Below, one piece after another: positions 13,201 through 25,467 of a stretch of 64,000 nucleotides of DNA. The notes beneath the pieces were generated by a model, which saw nothing but the letters and a program-made list of their open reading frames with translations, searched no databases and was not told the DNA's origin. Each line of letters starts with the position of its first letter. Position 1 is the first letter of the stretch. A program made the position numbers and the translations under genes. Source of the stretch: Malacoraja senta (Eukaryota). Location of the stretch: contig CM075991.1 of the NCBI GenBank assembly GCA_038087875.1, positions 372,001 to 436,000 on the forward strand. The letters run 5' to 3'.

Positions 13201-14074
13201 TTGGAATGAAATCATCCTGTGACTTCCGGATTATGCCCAGAAATTCCTGCCATTGAAAGGCTCTCACTTAACTGTTTTTCCCTGTTGCCAGCCGGGCAAC
13301 CTTGGCAGCTTTTTAGGTTGCCAAATGACAGTTTAGGTGGTCATTTAAGACAGTTTGCATAACGTGTGCGATAATGTGCTCGGACGAAGTGCGTAGTTAC
13401 CAGTCGGAATTATGCTCAATGAAGCATTCACATATTATTTTTGCTTCAAATAAAGTTACAAGCTAAACATATTCACCAATCAAGACATGATATATACCAC
13501 AATGACGCAGCAAAATTATAATACGGTATCTCAACTCTTTTTACACATTGCAATTAATACAATTTCTATTAGTTCTTTCCACTTCCAAACAAAAATGTGG
13601 TCGGATTATTCAGTGTATGATCAACCTGTGTCAATAAATCCTGGACCATGATAACATATATGCTTAACCATGCACACTACAGATTGATGCAAGCATGTTT
13701 TCTGTGAAGGACCGAAAATTACCATGACATGGCCATAGCAGAGGGTCGTTATTGCTATTGGTACAGAAACACTCTCTCTTCCCACATAATTTATCCATAA
13801 CAAAATATACAGGTTACAAGGAAATTTCTAAAGGCATTTTATGATAATAACTGTAGCAAATGTTCTTTTGGTAATATGTTTAAAGGTGTCAAAACGCCAC
13901 ATTACCGGACATTCACATTAGATGTACTTGTTGTGAACAGCAATGAAGATACCCAGTTTGAACGCACCAGATTAAAAAAAAATATTTGATAAACGTTGTT
14001 TCCATCATTCCCACTTCAGAACTAACATTAAAATTTCAACTGAAATATCTCCTGACCAAATTTATGATGTATAT

Positions 14075-14480
14075 CCAATCCAATCCAACTTTATTTGTTA
14101 AGCACTTTAAAACAACCAATGTTGGCCAAAGTGCTGTACAGAAGAATAAACAATACATCATAAACAGACAACATAACAGAACATAACATAACAGCTCACA
14201 TGAGGCGCAAAAATTACATATGAAATACAACAATAAATTAAAAGTCATAAAACATGAGTAAAAATAATAGCCACGCAATAAAAGCAATCAAAATAAGAAA
14301 TTAGAAATTAGATCAAGTAAATAAAGTCGACATCTTACTGGGTATCAAAGGCCACGGAGAAGAGATGGGTTTTAAGAAGTGATTTAAAAACAGACAGAGA
14401 AGAGGCCTGTTTAATGTGGAGAGGCAGATCGTTCCATAATTTGGGTGTCGACACAGCAAAGGCACGGTCCCCTATGAGCT
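14075..14480 (-). mobile_element. L2-like LINE 3' end inside the composite insertion
   Basis: GDRAFAVSTPKLWNDLPLHIKQASSLSVFKSLLKTHLF; tail ...aaagtgcttaacaaataaagttggattggatt. Confidence 0.8.
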
Positions 14481-15673
14481 TCAAATAAAAAAGTAAAAAA
14501 GGTAGAATAAAAAAGACACGACACACTATTGGAGATTCAACATGAACATCCCCCCCCACAGCAGAATCGACTCTCCACTGTGAGGGAAAGGCACCAAAAT
14601 GTCCAGTCCTCCTCCTAGTCCACCCGAGGTCGGGGCCAGTTTGAGGGCTCCGCAGCCAGTCGCCGCAACGGCAGCCCGATGATTATAGGCCCACCCGCCG
14701 GGAAGCTGGAACACCGGCATCGGGTGGAAAGTCCTCAGCGGCTTGGAAGTGTCTGGAGCGGCCGCTCCCTCCCCGGAGACTGCGACGCCCGTAGTCTTCA
14801 GGCCGTGCCGGTTGGAGCTTCGACTCTGACTCCACGGTGTTTTCGATCCAGCGCCGCCCGCCCTCAGACCGCAGACCGCAGACCGCAGCTGCTCGATGTT
14901 GGTGGTCGGCAGAATATAGTTGTGAATGTGTTAAAGAAGGAACTGCAGATGCTGGAAAATCGAAGGTACACAAAAAAGCTGGAGAAACTCAGTGAGGCAG
15001 CATCTATGGAGCAAAGGAAATAGGCAACGTTTCGGGTCGACACCCTTCTACAGACTGCTCCCCCATCAGTACAGGATGAATGGGGGGGGGGGGGTCAGTA
15101 CAGTGTGGATCGGAGGATCTGTGCAGGATCAATGGGAGATCACTACAGGTTGAATGAGGGGATCAGTACAGGATGAATGGAGGAGATCAGTACAGGATGA
15201 ATGGAGGGATCAGTACAGGATGAATGGAGAAGTGCAGGATGGATGGGAAGGAGGGTAAGTACAGGATGAATTGGGGGACCAGTATAGGATGGATGGGTGG
15301 GTGGCAGGAGAATCAATGCGAGGTGTATAGGGTGATCAACGCAGGATGAATAGATTGGGGGGTAGATGGGGAGGGGAGCACAGGGGATGTCAGTGAGGAC
15401 TGAATAGAGGGCGGAATGGGGATCAGTGCGGGTTGGAGGAGTCCCAGGATAAGGGGGGGAGGAGGGGGGCGTACAAGGGAGGGAGAGAGAGAGAGAGGGG
15501 GGGGGGGGAGGTGGGGCTGAAGGAAGGTCAGTGCTCCTCGGACAACATCGCCCCGCTGCCTTGGACGTCCCTGTCCAACGCCAAGTGCGGCCGCCAAAGG
15601 GGGAGGCGGTTGGGATCTCCTCGCCATCGCCTCCCCTCCTCCGCCAGCCAACAGCAAGGTGCAGGGCCGAGCG

Positions 15674-15717
15674 GTGCAGCTCAAAGATCCTATAGCTATA
15701 GGATCTTTGGTGCAGCT
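15674..15717. mobile_element. 28-bp perfect palindrome flanked by an 8-bp direct repeat (transposon footprint or minimal MITE)
   Basis: GTGCAGCT + CAAAGATCCTATAG + CTATAGGATCTTTG + GTGCAGCT. Confidence 0.8.
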
Positions 15718-16941
15718 GCTTCTGACGGCGGAAGAAGGGCTCCCCCTCCCTCCGTCCGCCCGGCCTCGGCGTGCGGGAGGGTTTGTTTTGAAAGCGCCGT
15801 TAGCGGATTTGCAAGCAGCGGCCGCTATCAGGGCGGGCTGTGTGCGGGAGGAGGAGGAGGAGATGTCGCGGCTGCTGCTGCTGCTGTGCGGGGCCCGTCA
15901 TTCGCTCCGACCCTTTGTCACCCTGCACCTAGTATCTTTGCCCCGCAATACAGCCGCCGCCGACACGAAACATCACGTTCCTTTTCTCCAGAGATGCTGC
16001 CTGACCCTCGGAGTTACTCCAGATTTTGTGTCTATCTTCGGTATAAACCAGTATCTGCAGTGCCAAGCCGGGCAAAATGACTCGCCGTTTAGGTTGCCCA
16101 GCGGCACTTTGGGTGGTCAATGGCACCTGGGCAACTGCTAATTTCGAGCCATGCATTCCACCGTCGTTCCTACTAGTATCCATTTCCGGTCTACCTTGGC
16201 CAGCTCGTCCCTCATGCCTTCATAGTCCCCTTTGTTCAACTGCATCACAGCCACTACCGATTTAACCTTCTCCTTCTCAAATTGCAGATTAAAACTAATC
16301 ATATTATGATTACTACCTCCAAGCAGTTCCTTTACCTCAAATTCTCTTATCAAATTTGGTTCATTGAACAACACTAAATCCAGAATTACCTTTTCTCTGG
16401 TCGGCTCCATTTCAAGATGCTCCAAGAATCCATCTCGGAGGCACTCTACAAACTTTCTTTCTTGGGGTCCTGAACCAACCTGATTTTCCCAGTCTACCTG
16501 CATATTGAAATCCCCCATCACCACAGTGGCATTACCTTTGTTACATGCCAGTTTTAACTCCTGCTGCAACTTACACCCTACATCCGGGCGACTATTTGGG
16601 GGTCTGTAGATAACACCAATTAGTGTCTTCTTGCCTTTGCAATTCCTCAACTCAATCCACAGTGACTCTACCTCGTCAGTCCCTATGTCTTCCCTCGCAA
16701 GGGACTGAATTCCATTCCTCACCGGAAGAGCTACCCCCCCCCCCTCCTCTGCCCTCCTGCCTGTCCTTTCTATAGGATGTATAACCCTGAATATTAAGTT
16801 CCCAGACCCGATCCTCCTGCAGCCACGACTCGGTAATCCCCACAATGTCATATCTACCAACCTCTATCTGAGCCTCAAGCTCATCTACTTTACTTCTTAT
16901 ACTTCGCGCATTCAAATACAGTACTTTTAATTCCTTATGCA

Positions 16942-18418
16942 CTGCCTAATTTTTTATATTATTATTGGGCAGTGCATATTAAGAATATAATTTATTGGTT
17001 GGACTGTCCTTCTCAACAGATGGAATGGATAAGAATGGAGAAAGAGGATTGTTTTCCGTACGATTTAGGAGCGATCCTCTTCTCGCCGATAAAATTGAAT
17101 AATACATTATATAAGAAGAATCCAATTATACACAATATAATTCGAATTTGGAAACAAATAAAATTAACTTTAAAATTAAGAAACTTATCATCATTAACAC
17201 CAATAGTGAATAATCCGGTATTCAAACCATCTTTTATGGATAAAATATATAGACAATGGGAAAGATTGGGAATTAAAAAGGTGGGTGATATGTATGAAAT
17301 GGGAAATTTATTATTATTTCAACAATTAAAATCAAAATGTAATCTGAATAATAACCAATACTTTAAATATTTACAGATATGTGACTTTATAAATATATAT
17401 ATACCAAGATTACAGAGCATAATGATAGACCCACTGGAAGAAGTAATGAATATTAAGGTGGACTCACAAAAATTAATATCATATTTATATAATAGTATTC
17501 TTAATAGAGAATTGGCATCAACAGAGGCAATTAGAGAAGACTGGGAAAAAGAATTAATTGCAACAATTTCTAAAGAAACATGGGAAAGGTATTTGATATA
17601 TATACATAAATGTTCGATTAACGCTAGACATAATTTAATTCAATTTAAAATATTACATAGATTATATTATTCAAAAGTTAGGATGAATATATTTTATTCA
17701 AATATTTCTCCCACCTGTGATAAATGTCTTTCTCAAAATGCCAATATCACACATTCTTTCGTTTCTTGCACAAAACATCATGGATTTTGGTGTGATATAT
17801 TTGATATATTCACTAGTTTATTTAAGATAAAAATGGAACCTAACATGGAAATTATTATCTTTGGAGTAATAGGAGATGGAAACAAATTAAATATATCCCA
17901 AATTTCATTTTTTTATTATGGTTTAATAACAGCAAAAAAACTCATACTTAAATTTTGGAAAAATGCTACTATACCAACATTCAAAATGTGGATTGGTAAT
18001 ATGTTGGAAACTGCCCACTTGGAAGAAATGAGACTCCTCCTAATAGACAAACAAGACCAATTCTTAACGAGTTGGTCTCCATTTATTGACCTTTTGGATT
18101 CATGTGGTGCAATAGTATCGTAAAATTAAAAATTCTGGGTTTGGGCGAAAAATGATTAAGAACATAAAAAAGCATCGACTTGTGGCAAGGGAGAATCTCC
18201 TTTCTGCTTCACTTTCTTACTTATTTCTTTTCTTTACCTCACACTCACTAGACTTTCCTTTACTCTTCACTACTTCTTTCTTTCTCATTTCTTTCTAAAA
18301 AAAAAGGAAGTTGTACAAAGAATGTTATAATAATTCTGGGAACCTGTAAAAAGGTACCATCAAAATGTAATAAATTCTAATAAATAAAAAAGTAATTTTT
18401 TTTTATTTTTTTAAACCC
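16942..18418 (+). mobile_element. 5'-truncated L1-clade LINE (ORF2 C-terminus 16972-18123) inserted in a CR1
   Basis: AT-rich ORF with CCHC knuckle CDKC...HSFVSC, T-rich 3' UTR and AATAAA near 18380. TSD aattcctta(t/c)gca at 16929-16941 and 18419-18431. Confidence 0.88.
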
Positions 18419-18575
18419 AATTCCTTACGCATCTCACCATTCACATCGATCCCTACTACACTTGGCCATATTTTGGTCATTAGATTCTCTGATCATTGTT
18501 ACAAAGCTGATGGCAAAGTAGCAACCTTGCTTCCTACTTTACCTCAGTGACTCTACTTCATAAAGTCCTGAGATA

Positions 18576-20217
18576 CAGTGCCCTCCATAATGTTTGGGAC
18601 AAAGACCCATCATTTATTTATTTACCTCTGTACGCCACAATTTGTGATTTGTAATAGAAAAAAATCACATGTGGTTAAAGTGCACATTGTCAGATTTTAT
18701 TAAAGGCTATTTTTATACATTTTGGTTTCACCATGTAGAAATTACAGCTGTGTTTATACATAGTCGTCCCCCATTTCAGGGCCCCATAATATTTGGGACA
18801 CATGGCTTCACAGGTGTTTGTAATTGATCAGATGTGGTTAAATGCCTCCTTAATGCAGGTACAAGAGAGCTCTCAGCACCTAGTCTGTCCATCACCTTTG
18901 TAAACTTTTATTGCTGTTTATCACCATGAGGACCAAAGTTGTGACAATGAAAGTCAAAGAAGCCATTATGAGACTGAGAAACAAGAATGAAACTGTTAGA
19001 GACATCAGCCAAACCGTAGGCTTACCAAAAATCAACAGTTTGGAACATCATCAAGAAGAAAGAGAGCACTGGTGAGCTCACTAATCGCAAAGGGACTGGC
19101 AGGCCAAGGAAGACCTCCACAGCTGATGACAGAAGAATTCTCTCTATAATAAAGAAAAACCCTCAAACACCTGTCCGGCAGATCAGAAACATTCTTCAGG
19201 AGTCAGGTGTGGATTTGTCAATGACCACTGTCCGCAGAAGACTTCATGAACAGAAATACAGAGGCTACACTGCAAGATGCAAACCACTGGTTAGCTGGAA
19301 AAATAGGATGGCCAGGTAACAGTTTGCCAAGAAGTAGTTAAAAGAGCAACCACAGTTCTGGAAAAAGATCTTGTGGACAGATGAGATGAAGATTAACATA
19401 TCAGAGTGATGGCAAGAGCAAAGTATGGATGAGAGAAGGTACTGCCCAAGATCCAAAGCCTACCATCTCATCTGTGAAACATGGTGGTGGGGGTGTTATG
19501 GCCTGGGCATGTATGGCTGCTGAAGGTACTGGCTCACCTATCTTCATTGATGATACAACTACTGATGGTAGTAGCATAATGAATTCTGAAGTGTATAGAC
19601 ACATCCTATCTGCTCAAGTACAAACAAATGCCTCACAACTCATTGGCCGGCGGTTCATTCTACAGCAAGACAATGATCCCAAACATACTGCTAATGCAAC
19701 AAAGGAGTTTTTCAAAGCTAAAAAATGGTCAATTCTTGAGTGGCCAAGTCAATCACCCGATCTGAACCCAATTGAGCATGCCTTTTATATGCTGAAGAGA
19801 AAACTGAAGGGGACTAGCCCCCAAAACAAGCATAAGCTAAAGATGGCTGCAATACAGGCCTGGCAGAGCATCACCAGAGAAGACACCCAGCAACTGGTGA
19901 TGTCCATGAATCACAGACTTCAAGCAGTCATTGCATGCAAAAGATATGCAACAAAATACTAAACATGACTACTTTCAGTTACATGACATTGCTGTGTCCC
20001 AAACATTATGGTTCCCTGAAATGGGGGGACTATGTATAAACACTGCTATAATTTCTACATGGTGAAACCAAAATGCATAAAAATGGCCTTCATTAAAATC
20101 TGACATTGTGCACTTTAATCATCTGAGATTTTTTTCTATTACAAATCTCAAAGTGTGGAGTGCAGAGGCAAATAAATAAATGATGGGTCTTTGTCCCAAA
20201 CATTATGGAGGGCACTG
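18576..20217 (+). mobile_element. Full-length Tc1 (DD34E) transposon with a disrupted transposase (about 18926-19962)
   Basis: TA TSDs. Long (~220 bp) TIRs starting CAGTGCCCTCCATAATGTTTGGGAC with an inner direct repeat (IR/DR type). Motifs VKHGGG, QQDNDPKH and SPDLNPIE, with 34 residues between D and E. Stops and frameshifts in the 5' half. Confidence 0.95.
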
Positions 20218-21007
20218 TAGCTATGGCCTTTCCAAAAGGGATATGAAAAGGCACATCAAATACTTAAAACAATTAGTGCAGTCTGCACTGGAAAAGCCAA
20301 AATTTCTCAGGTGTATGTATTGAACTAGAGAACAGTCCTGAACTACTTTCCATCTCATTTGGATACCCTCAGACTATCTTTGATCGGACATTACTGGCTT
20401 TATCTTGCACTAAATGTTATTCCCCTATCATGTATCTGTACACTGTCTCGATTGTAATCATGTGTTGTCTTTCCGCTGACTGGTGAACACGCAACAAAAG
20501 CTTTTCACTTTACCTCGATACACGTGACAATAAACTAAACTAACTAAACTAAATTGCTTGCAGTTTTACTCCTTCACCCTTACCCAGGATAGTAGCAAAT
20601 TCTAGTGCACAACAGTACCATTTGACTTTGTGTTGATCACTGCGTTGTCTCATAGAACACAGAACAGTGCAGCACAGGAACGGCTCATTCGTCCCACAAT
20701 CTTTGCGCTGAACATGATGCCAAGTTAAACCGATCTCATCTGCCTGTACATGATCCATATCCCTCTATTCCCTGCACTTCCATGCTCCTATCTAAAAACC
20801 TCTTAAATACCACTATTGTTTCTGCCTCCACCACCACCCCAGGCAATGCGTTCCAGGGCCCCACCGCTCTCTGTGTAAAAACATATCCGGATCATCTCCA
20901 TTATACTTTCCTCCTCTCACCTTATAGCGATGCCCTCTAGTGTTGGAGGGCATAGTGAAAAAGGTTCTGTCTGTCTACACTATCCATGCCTCTCATAATT
21001 TTGTATA

Positions 21008-21736
21008 CAGTGAAACCTTGTTATAGTGGACCATAGGGAAGGAGGGGGGGGGGGGGGAATACATGTTGTCTGTTCTTGCCGACTGTCCATTATAACCGTG
21101 AAAGGGATTATCAGTGCATAAGTAGTGGAAACAAAGAAATGTAGATGCTGGTTAATACACAAAGAGGCACAAAGTGCTGGAGTAAATCAATAGGTCAGGC
21201 TGCCTCTCTGGAGAATATGGATAGGTGATGTTTCAAGTTGAGACCCTTCTTTAGAGTCTTGGTCTGGAACCAGGCCTGGAATCCAGGCGAGTTGACAGCC
21301 CTGACCTGCTGATGGCCAGTTGAGAGGTGAGGATCGGCTGAGTTAATGGTCTTGAGTAGCCGGAGTGCAGGCAAGGGTCGGCGGCAGGCATAGCCTGAAA
21401 GTGGCCGAGGAAACGATGTAGGCTGGTAGTGGTGGCAGCAGGTCCAGCCTGGAAGCAACCGTGGAGGCTGTGCAGGTCGGCATTGGCAGCCCGGCCTAGA
21501 AGTGGTCAGGGAGGTGGTGCGGGCCAGGGATGGTGTCAGCAACCTGGCCTAGTATCAGCCGGAGATAATGTCGGCAGCTCGGCCTAGAAGTGGCCAAAGG
21601 TTGCGTCCGCAGTCAGGACAGGAAGTGGCCGGGGAGGTGTGGCGTTGACAGTCTGGCCAGCCGGAGAAGGTCGATAGGTCCGCCCACAATAAAGAGATTC
21701 TGTTATAAAGAGGTTCATAAAATTGACGGTTTACTA
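21008..21736. mobile_element. Decayed Tigger/pogo-like non-autonomous element with a GC-rich interior
   Basis: TA|CAGTGAAACCTTGTTATAG start and ...gacggtttacta|TA end. The host CR1 tail (ataattttgtata-cttctatc) rejoins across it. Confidence 0.55.
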
Positions 21737-24507
21737 TACTTCTATCATCTCCCTTCAAAGTGCGGCGTTCCAGAGAAAACAATCCAAGTGTATCTAACCT
21801 GTAGCTGAAACCCTCTTTAATACAAGCAGCATTTTGATAAACATCCTCTACAGCATCCTCAAAGCTTCCATATCCATCTCTAATGGGACGACCAGAACTG
21901 CACACAATACTCTAAATGAGGCCTAACTTTACAGATCTACATCTGTCTCAATTCATTGCTATCCTGTAAACCTTCCTCATTTATGAGGAGAATGTAGACA
22001 GGCTGAGTTTGTTTTCCCCTGAGAAGAGATGGTTGAGGAACAATCTGATATTATAAAGAGTTACACAGCATGGAAACAGGCCCTTCGACTAAACACATTC
22101 ATGCCGACCAAGTGACAGATCTCCGCTAGTACCATTTGACTGTTTGGCCTATATCCCGCTACACCATTTCTATCCATGTACCTGTCCAAGTATCTTTAAA
22201 TGTTGTTATTGTACCTATACCTCAACTACCTCCTCTGGCAGTTTGTTCCATATATCCACCACCCTGTGAAAATGTTCCCCTCAGGATCAAGTTTAATCTT
22301 TCACTTTAAACCAATGCTCTATCCTGGGTAAAAGTCTCTGTGCATTTATTCCCCTCATGATTTTATACGCCTTTATAAGATCGCACCTCCACGTCCTGCA
22401 CTCCAAGGAATAAAGTCCAAGCCTGCTCACCTTTTCCCTATGACTCAGGCACTTGCGTAAGGGCGACATCCTTGCAAATCTTGGATGCTTCCTCTGGCAG
22501 GGTTGCCAAAATTGTAAATGGTACTCCATATGTGGCTTCACCAACATCTTGTTAAACTGTAACTCAATTTCTATATTTAATAGCCCGATTAATAAAGGTC
22601 AGCATGCGAAAAGTCTTCTTCACTACCCCATCTACCTGTGATGCCAATTTCAGGAAACAATGTTAATGTACCTGTGCTCTTAGATCCCTCTGCTCTACAA
22701 CATTCCCCATGAGATACCATTTACAATAATGATGCCAGGAATGATTAGGTTAACCTATGATGAGCGTTTGTCGGCACTGATCCTGTACTCGCTGGATTTT
22801 AGAAGAATGAGGGGGGACCTCATTGAAACATACAGAATAGTGAAAGGCTTGGATAGATGTGGGGAGGATGTTTCCATTAGTGGAAGAGTCTAGAACTATG
22901 GGCCATAGCCTCAGAATCAAAGGACGTTCTTTTAGGAAGTAGAGGAGAAATTACTTTAGTCAAAGGGTGATGAATCTGTGGAATTCTTTGCCACAGAAGG
23001 CTGTGGAGGCCAAGTCAGTGATCAGGCAGAGATAGATAGATTCTTGATTAGTACAGGTGTTAGAGATTATGGGGAGCAGGAGAATGGGGTTAGGAGGGAG
23101 GGATAGATCAGCCATGATTGAATGGCGTAGACTTGATGGGCCGAATGGCCTAATTCTACTCCTGTCACACGACCTTATTCAATGTGATGGATTGAATTTG
23201 TAAGGTAATATTTGAAATTATGAACAGATATTGATACAATTGTATCACCGTTGCAGGGTGAAGTGGGGTTTTTTTTGGGGTGTGAAGCTGTTTGTACAGA
23301 TTTTACATGGGATTAAATGCCACAGGTCATTCTCCAAGTAGTGTTCTTCCCATTGCGTCTCCTCTGATGGAACTATCTGCTCACATCTGACATACATGAC
23401 TCATTAGCACTATTCTCCAGGTCAGAAGTATGGGATCCAAGCTGCACATCATGCTTTGAGCGAGCAACCAAATTATCCTCCAGAGCAGCAACAAAAACTA
23501 GTCTATCGTCGTCACCACGTTTTAAGCCATACAGACCATAGCTTCTTGAATAGTATGGGAAAGTATTGAATAGTATGGGTGCCAGGGGTTATGGGGAGAG
23601 GGCAGGAGAATGGGGTCAGGAGGGAGATATAGATCAGCCATGATTGAATGGCGGAGTAGACTTGATAGGCCAAATGGCCTACTTCTACTCCTATCACTGA
23701 TGATCTTATGACCTATGACTTCCCCTAACAGGCCAATACTTTCTGTGTGTGTTTTTTCTTTTGCTTTTTGAAATGTGGCTTAAGAAGCGGGACTTAAACA
23801 AAAATGTGTGTTCTATCCTGCAGAAAGAGGAATAGGTCAACCCATCGTTTTCTGGCAGGAAAAGCTAACTGTATACAAAGGCTGTCTAACAACTTTTAAG
23901 TAAAATACTTTGGGGAATCCTTGATATTGCCCACATTGCCATTTTTTTTTAAGTATTCATACACAGGATCTGGGTGTAACTGGCAAATTTGTTGCTTATC
24001 ACTAGTTGCCTTCACATGAATCTCTTTCCTGACGCACAACAATAGGTGACGTTTCGGATCAGGACCCTTATTCAGACTGAACATCATTCAACAACATCCT
24101 CCACAGATGCTGCCTGACCTGCTGAGTTACTCCATAATTGTGTGTGTTTTTTTGGTAAACCAGAAACTGCAATTTTTTGCATCTCTAATTCATAATACAA
24201 AGAAGTTGGACAAAGTGATTGGCCTGTGATAAATGAACAGGCACATTTTCAAGTCAGAAAAGTTTCCAACACTGCTTCAATATTTCTCTATTCTCTGATC
24301 GCCACCAGCACACGATAGCACAAACTCCAAACTGTTCCTTCTTGCAGGAAAATTTGCAGATGGTGCTGTAGTGTGCATAACTCGTACTGGTGGAGCAGAC
24401 AGGCTATGGAAGTATTAAAACAGCATTGGAAATCTGTTGAAGAACACCTTACAGATAGTACACAACGCCAGAACTGCAACACAGGGCAATGGGATTGTTG
24501 AACTTAC

Positions 24508-24710
24508 GTGATGTATTTATTGTAAAGCACGAACGCACTTTCCAGGTTGCCTTCATCCACATACACTGCAGCCATGCGAATCATTTCAACACCAGAGCGG
24601 AAGTACCTCCGCAGAGGGACATCATCGTTGATGTCGACAGAGCTTCCTTTCTTTGTGAGGGCCCGCACACGCTCCACGGGAGATAAACGAACATCGGAGT
24701 GTTCTGGCAT
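24508..24710 (-). CDS. STAMBP: STAMBP (AMSH) first coding exon, 203 coding nt; exon extends to the acceptor at 24728
   Basis: Translates [67 protein letters not shown](T), the AMSH N-terminal/MIT region. Acceptor ctttccctgcAG at 24730-24729, donor GTAAGT at 24507-24502. YNKYIT, KHRDYK and FPKAE across the exons fit STAMBP better than STAMBPL1. Confidence 0.95.
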
Positions 24711-24796
24711 CGCAAGCAAGCCACTCCACTGCAGGGAAAGGACGAGAGCAACACATCACACAACAATTAGCACACTATTTCATAGACCTGGACAAG

Positions 24797-25390
24797 GTCT
24801 TTTGGAGGAAGGGTCAAGAACCCAGACACACAAAATGGGAGTGATTGCCAAAGGAACCAAAGTTCTAGATTCTCTTAAAACATCCTCTCCACGGCCAATA
24901 CTTTACATGGTATTCAAGCAAGTGGGCAGAGAAATGCCTTCTGTAGGAGGCCCTTGTATTAGTCAGGGCACCCGTGAGAAAACTGCCAATCCTGCTTTCA
25001 GCACTTTCATCTGATCTGACACTACGGTTTCTGATGTCACCAGAGAATGAGCCACAACTGTCAAACTGACCAGTTCTGGGCATCGCTCGACAGACAGGCA
25101 GAAAGACTTCATAAAGAATGCAGAAAATCCAAGCTCGGGGGACTTAACATGTGGATCGACTGGAAAGGCTGGTGACACTTGGACCAGAGGAGGTTGAAAT
25201 GGTATCCAAGGGAAATATTCACAATCATGACGGGGATACGTGAAGTGATAGAGACGTCTTTTGGTGGAAGGGACAAGAAACCAAGATAATTTCAGTGAAT
25301 GCCAAAGAAACCAAAGTTCTCGATTCTCTTAAAACATTCTTTCCACGTCCAATACTTTGCACAGTATTTAACCAAGTGGGCAGAGAATGT
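24797..25390. repeat. Dispersed ~140-bp imperfect direct repeat (24797-24936 and 25256-25390) in STAMBP intron 1
   Basis: Both copies read gtcttttgg.ggaaggg.caagaa...tgccaaag.aaccaaagttct.gattctcttaaaacat.ct.tccacg.ccaatactttN...caagtgggcagagaa. Confidence 0.88.
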
Positions 25391-25467
25391 TTAAACCAGA
25401 CAAGTGTGAGGTGATGCCATTTGGGAGGTTAAATGTATGAGGAAAATGTACAGTAAATTGCAGGGAT

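Larger units (their letters stand above)
13256..16153. mobile_element. About 2.9-kb composite insertion with imperfect TIRs (DNA-transposon-like) interrupting a CR1 ORF2
   Basis: The CR1 reads ...cctgccattg | ...ttccaccgtc on either side (contiguous in the copy near 56550). Ends aaaggctctcacttaac and gctaatttcgagccatg are 11/17 inverted matches, with shared subterminal motifs (gccgggcaa, tttaggttgcc, ggtggtca). No clean TSD. Confidence 0.6.
11152..16941 (-). mobile_element. Near-complete CR1 ORF2 (endonuclease 16154-16941; RT and 3' tail 11152-13255), split by the 13256-16153 insertion
   Basis: LYLNARSIRSK, GITESWL and MGDFN endonuclease motifs; 483-aa RT ORF with FADDTK; (tttctatg)n-type tail at 11152-11172. 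Confidence 0.93.

Noticed and set aside
11816..13267. Reverse transcriptase ORFs as a retron/DGR-type or domesticated host system
   Set aside because: All are standard CR1, Rex1, L1 or Penelope sequences with frameshifts, truncations and TSDs.
13620..14060. Transposase remnant inside the composite insertion
   Set aside because: No transposase motif could be read in the frames examined; a tBLASTx search would be needed.
24508..24710. Assignment to STAMBPL1
   Set aside because: Diagnostic residues across the three exons ([28 protein letters not shown]) match STAMBP.
24963..25178. 71-aa minus-strand ORF between the intronic direct repeats
   Set aside because: No recognisable domain or convincing splice sites; the length is expected by chance.
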